Notes under the pieces: model-generated
Told to the model about the DNA's origin: nothing
Databases searched by the model: none
What the model saw: the letters and a program-made list of their open reading frames with translations, nothing else
Shown here: positions 34,817-49,314 of the stretch, piece after piece
Layout of the letters: every line of letters begins with the position of its first letter
Numbering within the stretch: position 1 is the stretch's first letter
Source: Malacoraja senta
Taxonomy: Eukaryota
Direction of reading: 5' to 3'
Assembly: GCA_038087875.1 (NCBI GenBank)
Contig: JAXLNO010000342.1
Span: 62,001 to 126,000, forward strand
DNA length: 64,000 bases
Translations under genes and position numbers: made by a program

Positions 34817-35795
34817 GGTTTAAGGTGAGGAGGAAGATTTAGTAGGAACCTGAGAGGCAACCTTTTCTACTAAGAGGTTACTGGGTGTATGGAATGAGCT
34901 GCCAGCGAAGGCAGAATAACAACATTGAAAAAACACTTGGACAGGTACATGGATAGAACATGTTGAGAGGAACGTGGGCCAAACGCTGGCAAATGTGACT
35001 AACCTAAATGTAGCATCTTGTTCAGCTTGGAGCATTAGAGCTGAAGTACCTACTTCCATGCTATATGGCTCTATGACTCTTTGTTAGATGAACATAAACA
35101 TGGCAAATGGAGTTTAATAATGGAAAATATGTGCTTACACACTTTGGTAAGAGCAATTCAAAGGAAGCTATTATCTAAATGGAGTGAGATTGCAAATGAG
35201 TGGAGTACAAGAGATTCAAGTGCTTAAAGTGCAAAACAAAAAGCCAGCAGGTAGATGCAGCACACAACTCAGAAGGTGATTAACATTCAAAGGTAGGTTA
35301 CTATTGTAATTATGGTACAAGATGTTGCTAAGGACAAATCAGGAGCACTGTGCACAGCTTGGTCCTCAAATTTAAGAAAGGATATATTAATATTTGATAT
35401 CAGCTAGAAGAGATTTCTGGAATAAGCAAGTGTTGCCTAACCATGAATGGCTGAAATCACTGGTTCTGTGTCCCTTGGAGATGACAAGAAACAGAGTTAA
35501 CCTTATGAATGTATTAAAGAGGCATGATGTGGTGGTGAATTGATGGATAATGCGTGGATATATTCTAAAAGAACAGGGAATTGTGTCTTATGTGGAATAA
35601 GCACAGTAAAGGAATTGAGGCCTCAGTCATATCAGCTGTTATCAACATAAATTGCTAGATAGCTCTAATTTGTATAAATGCAGGGCAGTCTATTGAGAAT
35701 TTCTGTCATGTTTGATAAACTTAATTTAAATCTTTCCATTTATTTCAGTTCCTGCGTTTTAATCACATCCATGAAATCTTCTACTCAGCGATTGG

Positions 35796-35836
35796 TTAGC
35801 AGTGCACGTTCTGCTTTGGTTGAATATTTTGATAAT
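35796..35836 (-). CDS. Candidate terminal cytoplasmic exon of module A
   Basis: Strong acceptor CTAATATTTAATTTCCCTCCTCAG. Phase 1 reads (D)YQNIQPKQNVHC*; phase 0 reads IIKIFNQ...GCD*. AATAAA at 35739-35744. Confidence 0.4.
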
Positions 35837-37029
35837 CTGAGGAGGGAAATTAAATATTAGACAACAAAGAAATGGCATAGCAGAGAACAGAACTCAGAAA
35901 GATGCAACTAGTTTATTTGCTTTAACTGTTGATTCATCCCACATAACATCTTCCTTCCAGATATAAAGGCACAGCGCCAGACACCTGGGTTTGATCCTGA
36001 CCACTGGTGATGTCTGTACGGAATTTGTACCTTCTCCCTGTGACTGCATAGGTTTTCTCCAGGTGCTCCAGTTTCCTCCCACATTCCAAAGACAGATGTG
36101 CAGGTTTGTAGGTTAATTGACTTGTGTCCCTAGCTTATGTGGGTGATCGTTGGTTGGTGCGGACTCAGTGGGGCCGAAGTGTCTGTTTCAATGCTCTCTC
36201 TCTAAACTAAACAAAAAACTCAATACTCCTTCAAATAGTTTCGTTCACACAAGTTCTATGTTATCTAACTTTCGCTTCCACACTAGGGTCAAATTACAGA
36301 GACCAATTAACCCATAAAACCTGGTATCTTTAGTAAGTGTGTGAAAACTGGACAGTGGAAACCCATGCGGTCATAGGGAATACATGCAAACTTCACACAG
36401 CCGACAAGCGAGGTTAGGATTGAACTGATGTGTATGACGCACTGAGGCAGCAGCTCTATCAGCAGCGCCACTCTGCCTCAGGTTGCGTCATGTTCAGCAC
36501 AAACGTTGTTGGACAAAGGACCTGTTCCTCTATTACGGGGGCATTCCCATTCACCGTAAAATTCAACGAACTCAGCACCATTGGGTCACTGGAAATATTC
36601 CCTGCCTGACCATCAGATCCCTCCAGATCAGTCGGACAGACACCAGTTCGGCAGCATCTGCCTGCAAATGATTCATGTCCCTCAAACCCCTGCATCTCCA
36701 TGCACCCACGAAGGTGCACCCCAGACGCCACCATCCCTGGCAGTGCTTTCCAGGCACACACCACATAGTATGTAATAAAAACTTGCCCTTTTTAAAAACT
36801 GCAGCTTCTACCCTGCACTGAATATAATGCAATAATTTAAATGCCATAGTAGGCATTTAGTTAATTGGGATAATTTTAGTCAATTGGGAGGTGTGATTGC
36901 AAATCTTGTACAATATCATAAACCAAGTAAAATGTGACAAAGTCAAAATGGCCAGGCACAAAGAACAGAATAATCATGAACATCAATAACATGTCAGTAG
37001 CTAGACTCTCCTAGTGGCAGCATGCTGTA

Positions 37030-40000
37030 AGGTTGCAAACTCGTTTGCTCCCTTAACTTTTAACTTCCACTGACCACTAGTTCAATGTTACTGGTGACTA
37101 TTTGACTTCAAGACACCGTCTAACTGTTCATAAAGTGTTGATAACACTTTTACACGCCTTAATGGTGAAAAGGATGGAGACAAGAAGGAAAGGAGGATCC
37201 CCAAAGAAGGAACCGGGGAAAGCCACAACCACAGCTGCAGCTTCTGATTCCAGCATCATAGAAGCAATATCGAAAATGAACGATGAATTGAAAAATGAGC
37301 TGAAAAATGAAATGAAATCAAGATTTGGCAGTTTGGAAGAAATGGTGAAAGGAGTTTCGACCAAATTGAAGGAAGTCCAAGGAAAACTGTCTTTGTTACA
37401 AGATGAACTTCGTGAACAAAAGGATCAAATTTATATCTTGTGCACCCTGGGACAGGAGAGAGATTTGAAGATTGAAAAATTGGAACGGAGAATGAATGAA
37501 AACACTCGAGCACTTCAGCAATACAAGTCTAAAAATATGGACTTAGAAAACAGAAGCCATCGTTTGAATTGACGAATTGTTGGTTTGCCGGAAGGCCAAG
37601 AAGGAAATAACGTTATAAAATATGCTTCTAAAATGTAAAGGAAACATTCAACATTGAGCACAATGAAAACCTTCCGTTCATGGATAACGCACACAGGATT
37701 GGGAAGAAATCCGGTAATAAACCGAGACACTTGATCATTTGGTTTCATTTTTTTCAAATGAAGGAGAATATTCTCCAGGCAGCAAAAAATTTGGGTGTGG
37801 TTGAATATGAAGGATGTAAGTTTCGGTTTGTCCCTGATTATAGTTACGAGCTTTTGGAAATAAGAAAGACGTTTTATTATGTAATGTCTGATTTATATAA
37901 GAAAAACGGCGCCCAGCTTTATTATCACCAGCTAGATTGCGTATTCGGCTTTTCAATGGTAACTTTCGATTTTTTAACAGTCCTCAAGACGCCTCCAGCT
38001 GCGTCTGAAGAGCTACGACGAGGAAGGGGAGTAATTGATAGCTGATTAAGTTATAATTGGAGATTTACTGTTCCTATTTTGACAACATTTCGTTTGATAA
38101 TGATTAAGAATTTAACTGGACGTGTTGTTTTTCTTTTATATATATTCTTTTAAGAATTTCTTTGTTAATTCGTGTTCCCCTGTCGTTGGACAAACTAAGA
38201 GAACGCAGTTCTTGTTTTTCATATCTTGACCTTGGATAATAATAAGCAGCATTCCATGCCAGTCTGTATTTTTTTTCCTTCTCTCTCTCAAAGAGATAAT
38301 AACAAATGTGTTATGACGTAGTGGTTAAATATTATTCATTTTATGCTTAGCGCTGTTACTGGGAGAGATGGGATTGGGGAGGGGATTAGGTAGTTTGCTG
38401 ACTGTCTTTTGGTCAGTTTGGGGTTCTACAGGGCTGGGAGGGGGGAGGGGGGAGGGGTCTTTTGTTCCCTATTTTGTGATCTCCATTTGTGCAATTTCTG
38501 AACTACAAAATTGGCTGAAATATCGTCACTTCTGGCTCCGCCGTAGATTTTTCTTCTTCCAGTATTATGAACTTTTAGGCTTCAAGAAATTAACCCATTA
38601 CATCCCACATGATTTTTTACAAGCAATATGGATAAAGTTACTAATTTCCTTTCATGAAATGTGAATGGCTTGAACCATCCCATTAAGAGGAAATTTATTT
38701 TTAAAGTTCTTCACAGACTAAATGCTCAGATTATCTTTGTTCAGGAAACTCATGTAAGGCAAGATGACAAGTCACGATTTTTCAAGTTTTGGAGAGGACA
38801 GCAGTTTCATTCAAATTCACAGGCTAAGGTGAAAGGAGTCTCTATTTTTATTGACTCCTCAATTCCGTTTGTTCACCATGAAACAATTTCTGATCCATAT
38901 GGCAGATTCTTGGTGATTACCAGTGTCCTTTATAGGCAAAAAGTCATATGGTGAATGTCTATGCACCAAATATTGATCACCCTGAGTTTTTTAAACAGTT
39001 AATTGCATCCTTTCCCAATTTAAATGAACACTTTTTAATAATGGGTGGAAACTTCAATTGCTGTTTGAATCCCTCGATTGATAGGTCTACATCTGATCAT
39101 GTGCTTCCAAATAAATCAGCTAATTTTATTAATTCTTTTTTACTTGACTCGGGAATGTTAGAAATTTGGAGATTCTTACACGCAAATGACAAAGAATTTT
39201 CATTTTTCTCTCATGTATATCATAGTTATTCTAGGATCGACTATTTTATACTAGATTCTCGGCTAGTTCCATCGGTCAGTGCATGTGAGTATGATGCAAT
39301 TGCTATTTCTGATCATGCACCAGTGAAACTATTGATCAAACTACCTGATTCCAAGTTTAGTGCTAAACAATGGCGATTTAATGCTACTTTGCTTCAAGAC
39401 TTAAACTTTATTAAGTTTATGAAAGATCAGATTGCTTTTTACTTCTTGACAAATTCTTTTTTTTTTTTTTTCTTTTTTCTTTTTTTTCTTTTTTTTTATT
39501 TTTTTTTTTTAATTTTTATTTATTAGAAGTACATTACATTACAACCACATACATTAATACTCGTCATTTATATCTTCTTACAATTAATGTACTCCCTTTA
39601 TTTATTTTTTTACACTAGAAAAGGAAAAGATTGAAAGAAAGAAGAAAGTGAAGGAAAAAGTGAAAGTGTAGAAAAGTGTAGAAAATGTAACAACAAAAAA
39701 GGACGAAGACCCTATAAGAGCGAAATTAAAAACAAAAGAAAAAGAGTTAAGAAATAGGCCCTAGGAAAAAAAAGAGAAAGAGAGAGAGGAAAAAAAAAAA
39801 AAAAGAAAAAAAAAATATTTTTTGAGCATTACGTAAATAGGACATACCAACTCTTCAACTATCATCCCCCCTTACCTGACCTCAATTTTTTTATTTTTTT
39901 TAAAGTACTTTTGCACCCTATGTTTGTAATAATTCTATAAATGCAGACCACGTCAGGTGGAAGTGATCTGGTTTACCTGCTAGGAGGAGTCTTATCTCTT

Positions 40001-42852
40001 CTAGGTGTAATGTTTCAAACATATTTGAAATCCACATATTTATAGTTGGTATTGGAGCCTTCTTGACAAATTCTAATGAAGAGATATCCAATGGTATAGT
40101 TTGGGATGCTTTTAAGGCATATATTCGTGGACAAATTATTTCATACTCCGCGGGATTAAAAAAACAAACACAAAAAGAAATACGCACATTGGCTGACGAG
40201 ATTAAAGAAATTGATACAAAATATTCAAAAGCTCCTAGTTTAGAGCTCTATAAGAATAGAGTTGAACTTCAATTGAGATATGATTTGTTATTAGTATCAC
40301 CGATTGAGAACCAGTTACTTAAAACCAAAACTCAATTTTATATAAATGGCGAAAAATCTGGTAAATTACTTGCTAATCAATTGAAGCAGTGTTGGCCAAG
40401 CGTCAGATTACAAAAGTGTGTAAACGGGATGGTACAGTAACTGTAGACCATGACGAACTTAATAAATCCTTTCAGGAGTTTTATACCTCCCTATACCAAT
40501 CAGATTTTCCTACTGATTCCAATATAATGCATGAGTTTTTAAAGAAACTGAACTTACCAAATTTACCATACAATGAGTCTCTGTTGTTAGATGAACCCAT
40601 CACGGAAGAAATACAGAAAGCAATTTTTTCAATGAATTCTGGTAAAGCTCCCGGTTCAGATGGGTTTACAGTAGAATTTTTAAAGCATTTCTCAAATTTA
40701 TTGTCTCCATGGCTATGCAAGGTATTTAAAGAAGCCTTTTTAAGGAATAGATTACCACAATCTTTTTATGAAGCATCTATTTCTTTAATTAAAAAAAAAG
40801 ATAAAGCCCCTACTGAAGTGACATCATATAGACCTATATCACTGTTAAAAGTAGATTTTAAAATTCTTTCCAAAATATTAGCTATGAGATTGGAAAAGAT
40901 TTTACCGCAAATTATCTCTGAAGATCAGACAGGTTTTATTAAAAATCGTTACTCATTCTTTAATGTTACGAGATTAATAAATATTGTATATACAGCGTCT
41001 AATAAAACCCCAGAAAGTGTCATCTCACTTGATGCCGAGAAGGCTATTGATAGAGTAGAATGGAATACTTATTCAATATACTTGAAAAAGTTAAGATTGG
41101 TCCAAAATTTATCTCTTGGATCAAACTGATATATCTTATACCTCAGGCTTCTGTATTTACTAATAATCAGAGATCCCCTTTTTTCAGGCTCTTTCAAGGT
41201 ACTAGACAGGGCTGTCCCTTAAGTCCTTTACTATTTGATATTGCTTTGGAAACTTTAGCCACTGCTATTAGGGAATCCCCTAATATTTTTGGTATTGTCC
41301 GCGGGAATAAGACACACAAGCTATCTCTTTATGCAGATGATCTGTTATTATTTATTTCTAACCCTGAGAAATTTATTCCGGCAATAGTAGCATTACTTAA
41401 TCAATTCAGTAGTTTTTCTGGTTATAAACTAAATCTTAGTAAGAGTGAGCTTTCCCATTATATAATTTTGTTTCGAGTTATGGACAGTTTCCATTTAGAT
41501 TGACTACCGAAAGTTTTACTTATTTAGGTATTAAGATCACCAAGAAACACAAGGATTTATTTAAAGCTAATTTTATTCCTTTAATTGACCATATTAAACA
41601 TCAGTTCACTAAATGGTCACCAATGTCCTTATCCTTAATTGGCCGAATCAATGCTATTAAAATGTTCATTTTACCTAAATTGCTGTATTTATTTCAGACG
41701 ATACCAATTTTTATTGCCAAACCTTTCTTTGATATTATAGACTAAAATTTCTTCATACATATGGCAGAATAAAAATGCCAGACTAGGTAAAAAATACCTA
41801 CAGAAATCAAAAAAAGTTGGTGGTTTGGCATTGCCGAACCTTAGACTATACTATTGGGCAGTCAATGTTCGTTATTTAACATTTTGGACAAAAGATTTAG
41901 AAGATACCCAATGCCCTGGATGGATAAACCTAGAACGTGATTCCTTACAAGGGCTATAATTGCCTTCTATTCTAGGGACCTCGTTACCTTTTACAATTAC
42001 GAGATTGAATAGATATATGATGAACCCAATAATAAGACATATGTTCCGAATACGGTTTCAATTTCATAAGTTTTTTGGACTATCTGATTTTATCCAAATT
42101 TCTCTTCCAACCATCTAGTACTGATCAAGCTTTTTTGTTATGGAAGAGGAAGGGATTAGTAGCTTTTCGTGATTTGTTTTTGGAGTGTTGTTTTATGTCT
42201 TTCGAACAACTCTCCAATAAATATAACTTACCTAATTCACACTTTTTTAGATATTTACAAATTAGACAAAAGGAACTACCCCTTTTTCCGCTACCACATC
42301 AATCCGAAATCTTGGATTTTTTTTTACAGTTGAACCCTTATCAGAAAGGATTAATAACGACTATTCATGAGTTGATTTGAAAATTACAAATAGATACATT
42401 TGATTAAATTAAGAATGACTGGGAAAGAGAACTCCAAATTTCTTTATCTATAGAGAAATGGGAGAGGATCCTTCAATTAGTTAATACCTCTTCAATGTGT
42501 GCAAGACACACTTTGATACAATTCAAGGTGGTTCACAGAGCTCATATGTCAAAAGATAAGTTAGCTCTGTTTTGTTTTTTGTTTTTCTTTTTGTCTTTTT
42601 ATCTTTGCTTTTTTTTAACATTTATGTTTCCTTTTAAAGATTTAACTATATTTACATAGAGACGGAGAGGTCTATATTCATTGGGTATTTTGACACTGGT
42701 CTCATATTAGTTTATACCTGTTATTAATGTAATCCTGATCCCTATGTATCAATACCATTGTTATGTTTATCATTATTCTTTTTGCTCTGTTTTTTATGTT
42801 TTATTTTTGTTTTTGCTTTTTGGAAAAAAAACAATAAAAAGATTTTAAAGAA
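37030..42852 (+). mobile_element. Near-full-length degraded L1 LINE
   Basis: ORF1 coiled coil plus LENRSHR..RIVGLPE; EN (NVNGLNHPIK, FVQETH, VNVYAPN, SRIDYF, ISDHAP); RT (KAPGSDG, YRPISL, QGTRQGCPLSP, LYADD); A-rich 3' end; many frameshifts. Confidence 0.92.
39458..40058 (-). mobile_element. 5'-truncated L1 inserted antisense inside the host L1
   Basis: Poly(T) at 39458-39520; ORF2 C-terminus (W...MFETLHLEEIR...W); 16-bp TSD CTTCTTGACAAATTCT (39442-39457, 40059-40074). The host frame resumes YFLTNS/NEEIS. Confidence 0.92.
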
Positions 42853-45800
42853 AGGTACTGAATAAAAAAGTTGGGATGTTCTGCTACAGTTGTACAAGAT
42901 GTTGGTGAGGTCACATTTGGAGTATTGTGTTAAGTTTTGGTCACTCCACTATCGGAAGGATGTCATTAACAGGGCCTGTGATTCAGGGAGAGGATGAGAA
43001 TGCTTGGACTTTAGTCCTTGGCACGCAAGAGGCTGAGGGGTGATCTTATAGAAGTTTATAAAATCAAGGAGCATAGATAGATTGAATGCACAGAATCTTT
43101 TAACCAGCCTTATGTAATCAAGAACCAGAGGACTTAGGTTTAAGGTGAGAAGGAAACGAGTTACTCAGAACCAGAGGAAGTGGAAATATGGAAGAACATT
43201 CCAGGGGAAGGAGTTGAGGCAGGTATTAAAAAACATTTTAGAACACACTTGGACAGGTACATACTGTAGATAGGAAAGGTTCAGTGAGATATGGGTCAAT
43301 TGCAGGAAAGTAGTAGTTCAAACATGGCATCTTGGTTGACATGGCCAAGTTGAGGCAAAGGGCCCATTTCCATGCCGTATGACTCTATGGCTCCGTGGGC
43401 TTGAAAAGCCAATTCTTTTCCGTTTCCCTGCTAAATGATAGTTAATCACCCTCACTAATAGTGACCACAATGGCAGACCCATGACCATGACTGGTTTCCA
43501 GTGATAATAAGCTAACCATTGCCTCAGTTCAAATATGCATGTCGTTGATGTTCAATGACTAAATTGTTGCTGCATTCTTAGTTTTGGCAAGGTGAGAAAT
43601 GGTTTGGTTCTGATCTGGGTGCTGGAGCTGTTAGACATCTTGATACCATGAAAGCAGAACCTCCGTTTCAGGAAATATACTTGCTGAATGGTGTCTCAGA
43701 CCAGCAATGCCAGGGAACATTGTATTTTGAAGAGGAAATATTACACAACCAAGGCCAAGTGCTCGAGCAAGCAGCACGTCTGTTATTTCAATGAAAACTC
43801 TGCTCTTCATCCATCTTGACATTTTGATCACCCAGTTTAGTTTATAATATTGTATAACATTTGCAATCAATTCTCAGTTTATGACATTTACAGCTGGCGT
43901 GAAGATGCATCAGTCAATACCTTCTGTCTTCCGATATAGTTTATTTAATAGAAAGATAGAAACATAAAAAAATAGGTGCAGGAATAGGCTATTCGGCCCT
44001 TTGAGCCAGCACCGCCATTCAATACAATCATGGCTGATCATCTAAAATTAGTACTCCGATCTGGCTTTTCCCCCATATCCCTTGATTCGTTTAGCCCTAA
44101 TAGCTAAATCTAACTCTCTCTTGAAAACAGTGATACAGTGTGTAAACAGGCCATTTGTGCCGCTAAATCCATACTAACCAGCAATCGCCCATTCATAATA
44201 GATTTCCCATCCACCCCCTACACTACCAGGGTGACTTACCGAGGATGATTACCTGCACACCTGCTCATCTTTAGGATATGGGAGGAAACCGGAGCTCCCA
44301 GAGGAAGCCCACATAGTCACAAGGAGAACGTGCAAACTCCACGTAGGCAGTACCCGAGGTCCAGATTGAACCTGGGTCTCTGGCGTTGTGAGGCAGTTCT
44401 ACCAGCTGCACTACCATGCTGCATTACATACAAACTCTAAATCCTACACTGACTTTCCCTTCCACTTGTTATATTCAACACAATAACTCCTTTACACAAG
44501 AGGAAAGTGAACTGCAATTCATCACCAGAATATATCTTACAACAGTGTGATCACAGGCAAGAAACCAGTGATATAGATGACTGAATTTACACTAAAACCC
44601 TGATCATCCAGCTCTCTTGGGATTTAGGAAATTGTAGATTTTAAGGACTGCTGCATGTTACTCCAAACATACTTTAATTCAACTCATTGGGGCACTTGTT
44701 GAGCACGTCAGTGGTTGAGGTGCATCTGTGCACTACTATCAGACTTAAGCGGAGGAATACCCATTGTAATTTGCCTGAAGAGTCTCGAACCAGAATGTCA
44801 CCTATATGTTGCCTGACCTGCTGAGTTACTCTAGCACCATCCCTCACAGTCTTTTCCAATCTTATAATTCAAAAATAGTCAGCATCTACATCATAAAGAG
44901 TCATGGAAATAGATAAACATGGCCTTTGTCCCACTGACCTGCACCAACCATTCATGTACATTTGTCCTACATTCTCATCAGCTCTCCCCACATTGTATCA
45001 TGCACAATCCAGGGGACAACTAACCTCCAAAACATGTTTTGGGGATGTGGGAGGAAACCAGAGCACCTGGGGAAACACACATGGTCACAGGAACAACATG
45101 CAAACTCCACAGATGTCGGTATTTAATTAAGGTCTCTGACTCAGTGCTGCCCTGTTTCACATTGTAGTCCACCTGTCATGTTGTTGCTCATTCATTCGAC
45201 TTTCCACATTGAACCATTTCTCCCACTACTCACATTCCCACTTAATTTTGAGTCATAGAAACATAGAGTCTTCCAGCAACAGTTGCCACGGAGGCGGCTA
45301 CTGTGTGCAGCAGTAGAGTTGCTGCCTTACAGCGCTTGCAGCACCGGAGACCCGGATTCGATCCCGACTACTGATGCTGTCTGTACAGAGTTTGTACGTT
45401 CTCCCCATGACCGCGTGTGTTTTCTCCGAGATCTAAGGTTTCCTCCCACACTCCAAAGACGTACAGGTATGTAGGTTAATTGGCATGGTGTGTGTGTGTG
45501 TATAGGATAGTGTTAATGTGCGGGGATCACTGGTCAGCGCAGACTCGATGGGCCGAAGGGCCTGTTTCGTCACTGTATCTCTAAATTAAACTAAACAAAA
45601 CTAGTAAATGTTAAACTGCAACCAATCTGCCTCGTAACTGACTTGGATCATGAACAGTGCGAGCCCCCAACAGAGCAGCACAGTGTCACAACTCGTAGAG
45701 CTGCTGCCTCACTGCGACCAGACCCGGGTTCAATTTTGACCTTGAGTGCCATCTATGTGGAGTTTGCACGTTCTCCGTGTAACCGCATTGGATCCCTCCA

Positions 45801-46044
45801 GGGGCTCCGGTTTCCTCACACATGTGTCAGTTTATAGTTTAATTGGCCACTGTAAATTGCCCCTAGTGGGTGGGTGACTGGATGAGAAGGTGCAATGAGA
45901 TAGAATTCATGAGAACAGGTGGTTGGTGGTTGGCATGGACTCGGTGGGCCAAAAGGACTGCTTCCATGCTGTACTTTTTAATGACTCAATGATATCTCTA
46001 GGATTTGGTGCAGTGAATCCATAATGTTTAACTTTTTTTCTTAC

Positions 46045-46068
46045 ACTGAATTCACAATTTTCAAATAT
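46045..46068 (-). CDS. Candidate 24-nt cytoplasmic micro-exon (IFENCEFS), module A
   Basis: GATCAG acceptor and GTAAGA donor; phase 0-0, matching the TM exon's phase-0 end; 163-bp intron. Confidence 0.5.
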
Positions 46069-46231
46069 CTGATCATCAGAAACATTTAACAACAGCACAA
46101 AGGCTAGTTGACAGTGGTGACTGTCGAAGCATTTGAAGTGTAGCTGCTGCCTTATCCTACTTGAGATCGATCATTTCTTCAAGCCCAATACCTTTACTAG
46201 CAACAATTACATCACAATTTTTCCATCTTAC

Positions 46232-46338
46232 CTCTCCTCTTTTTCTCCACCAAACAATTACTGCCAAGACAATAGCCAGCAATATCAGCACACACACGGC
46301 AATGAGGCCTATGTGCCTGTCTTTCTTCCTATTTCCTT
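46232..46338 (-). CDS. Transmembrane exon, module A
   Basis: TTTTTCAG acceptor and GTAAGA donor; (E)GNRKKDRHIGLIAVCVLILLAIVLAVIVWWRKRGE. Confidence 0.8.
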
Positions 46339-48799
46339 CTGAAAAATAAGAATGCATAATTTTACATATCATTTGTTAAGCTTTGCAGCTAAATAGATTG
46401 GCACTGTCTGAAGACTTCAGGGTGAAGAAGGGTCTCGACCCGAAATGCCTCCTATTTCTTTTCTCAAGAGATGCTACCTGACTGCTGAGTTACTCCAGCA
46501 TTTTGTGTCTATCTTTGGCACTTTTCAACATATATAAATATGTTGTTTTGAATCACGGAGATCTGCAGCATGGCAAAGGGACAATATCTGTTCTGTACAA
46601 CTCTATGATCTGTGGCACCATCACAGCCACAACTTAATTCATGAAAGAAGGCGAATTGAAAGCAGAAAGCTTTAACCCTATATAAACTAACATCTGTTTA
46701 GGAGAAAATGCTGGATTCCTTTCAATAATGGCAGAACATTTGAGTAATAACAAAACAATAAAGTGCATTAACAGGGCATTAACAGGAACATTGTAGAAAG
46801 AAAGAGATGCAGATACTGATTTACACAAAAGCTTTAGTTTAGTTTATGGTCACGAGTACTGAGGTACAGTGAAAAGCATGTGTTACGTGCTAACCAGTCA
46901 GTGGAAAGAATATACATGATAGACACAAAATGCTGGAGTAACTCAGCGGAATAGGCAACATATCTGGCGAACATGGACTCATTCAGAAGGATCGTGACCC
47001 GAAACATCATCTATTCTTTTTCTCCAGAGATGCTGCCTGACCAGCTGAGTTATTCCAGCAATTTGTGTCCATCTTCAGTGTAAACCAGCATTTGCAGTTT
47101 CTCCCTACACATGGACAGGTGACATTTCGTTTACGGACCCTTCTTCAAACTTTGTTTGAGAAATTGATTAGAATTCTTTGAAAATGCAACAGGAACCCGT
47201 AGACAATGTATATTTGAGCAGCAGTAGTTTGCAGGTGTGCACAGCCTAAAATTCAAAAACAAAATGATGGAAAAGCAGAATAGGTAACAAAATTGGAATG
47301 AGAAACAAAAGAAATACAATATATTGTAGAGATCCAAGCTTCGTGAACAAATCAATGGTTTTTTAAAGAAATACAGTTTTGGCACACTCGTGTTTAGTAA
47401 GGACTTGAGCAAAGTTCCTGCCGTTGTAATCGGGCACACCAGTTGACTGGCGACTGATTCATCACCAACTCCCACCAAAACCCTGTCATGTGATAGTCCC
47501 AGCTCCCCTGACGAGGGTTCTAGCAATAAGTGGCCTGACCACCAGATGTCGCCACAATATCTGGATTTTCATAAGATATCTGATCAAGTGATGCAAAGGC
47601 ACATGGCTTATGACATTGGGGGTAATAATTAGCATGAATGGAAAAACAATTAAGAGCAAGCAGAGAGTTGTCTTAAAGGAGTGTTCAGGTTGGGAAACTG
47701 CAACTGCAGGATGGGAATCAATGCAAGAAAGTGAACTACTTATCGTTAGTATTAAGAGCAGATGAAGGGACTGGTGGCGCTGTAGCCTAGATTGCTGATG
47801 ATACATAGATAGGTTGAAAATTATGTTCTGGAGTATGTCAACAGTCTTCAGAGTGAAATATCAGATTCCTTAGTTGTGCATTGTTCGAGGGAATCTTCAA
47901 AAGTGAGCATTTGTATAGGTTAGTGCAGCATACCTCGAATCAAACTACGATCGCTGTTTGTCAGGCAGTTGTTTTTCGTTGCAGAAGCTGTGACTTGCTT
48001 CAGGGAACTTACTTCATTAGGTTTAGTTTTATTAATGTCAGATGTTTCAAGATACAGTGCAAAGGTTTGTTTTGTATGCTATCCAAACAAATTAGATAAT
48101 ACTATAGATAAATAAAAAACTCAAAAACAATAGATAGAGCAAAGAGGAGGATACAGAGTACAGAATATAGTTCTCAGCATTGTAACACATCAGTTCCATC
48201 GACAATGTTCAATGTTAAATGAGGTTGAGGTGAATCGGGCATTAAACCTACATTATGGAAGGACCCTTCCGAAGCCTGTTAACAGGTGGAAAGGGGGTGT
48301 TCCTGAGTCTGGCAGTGCTTATTTTCAACTTTCAGTACCTATTGCCTGATGGGAGCAGGAAGGAGGAATGTGAGAAAGGTGTGATAAGTCTCGTTTTCCA
48401 AGGCAACCTGGTGTAGATTGGGTCAATAGTGGGAAGTCTGGGCTGTGTGATGATCTTTAACTCTTTGTATATTCTTGCAGTCTTGGGCAGTGCAGTTCCC
48501 AAATCAAGATGTGATGCAACCCAACAACATGCTTTCTCTAGCAGCATCTATAGATGTTTGCTGGAGTCACCAGAGACATGATGAATATTCTCAGTCTCCT
48601 GAGGAAGTAGAGGTGTTGGTGTGCCTCCTTGGCTATGTGGCCAGTCCATGACAGAATATTGGATAAATTCATGCCAAGGAACACGAAGCTCTCAATCATT
48701 TCCACTTCAGACTATTGATTCAGATTGGGGCATGTACTCCCCCAGTGCCTTGCTGTTCATCACATCATGAGGAAAGATTCATTTTTTATTTAAACATAC

Positions 48800-48823
48800 C
48801 TTTCATGGATATCAGTTCCACCA
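48800..48823 (-). CDS. Candidate 24-nt connecting-peptide micro-exon (LVELISMK), module A
   Basis: TTCTCAG acceptor and AAG/GTATGT donor; phase 1-1; avoids the TAA formed by a direct C1-TM splice. Confidence 0.4.
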
Positions 48824-49314
48824 CTGAGAATCCCAAATACTCCTTCCTTGTATATTAGTTATTTATTTACTTACTTTTAATAAATTTTCTGTTGACAAAG
48901 TCTTCTGCTCATGTGGAGAGTGGGTGCTGATTACGTGATTACTTAGAGCAACACCACTAAACAAAGAAAGTTTAAGCATCTTGGAATATGGGATGTACTA
49001 CATGGGATGTAGCAATGTCACAAAATTTTGAGATTTTAAAAATCAAGTCTGCAATTTATCCCATCAGATAAAGCATAAAAAGAAGTTTAATTTGACACCT
49101 AATTCACTTTCATATCTTCTGTATTAAAAAAGTTTGGCAATTTTCATACTCGGAAATTAGCATCTTGTTCCCTATTGCTTTTCCATTGACTTAACACAAA
49201 AGCTGTGATCAAGGACAGTCAAAAGCCCATAACTTTCTTAAAAATTAAGAGAACTTAATGAAATTTTCAGTTATTATAGATTGAAGCATTCTGAAACAAA
49301 TATGAAACAATCTT

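Noticed and set aside
36880-36995. Minus-strand signal-peptide-like reading MLLMFMIILFFVPG
   Set aside because: No splice donor follows and the ORF is short; hydrophobicity is expected from T-rich DNA.
43630-43870. ORFs on both strands in unique-looking DNA
   Set aside because: No splice signals or domain motifs recognised.
47485-47525. CTGACGA resembling a hammerhead core
   Set aside because: No helix II or GAAA follows.
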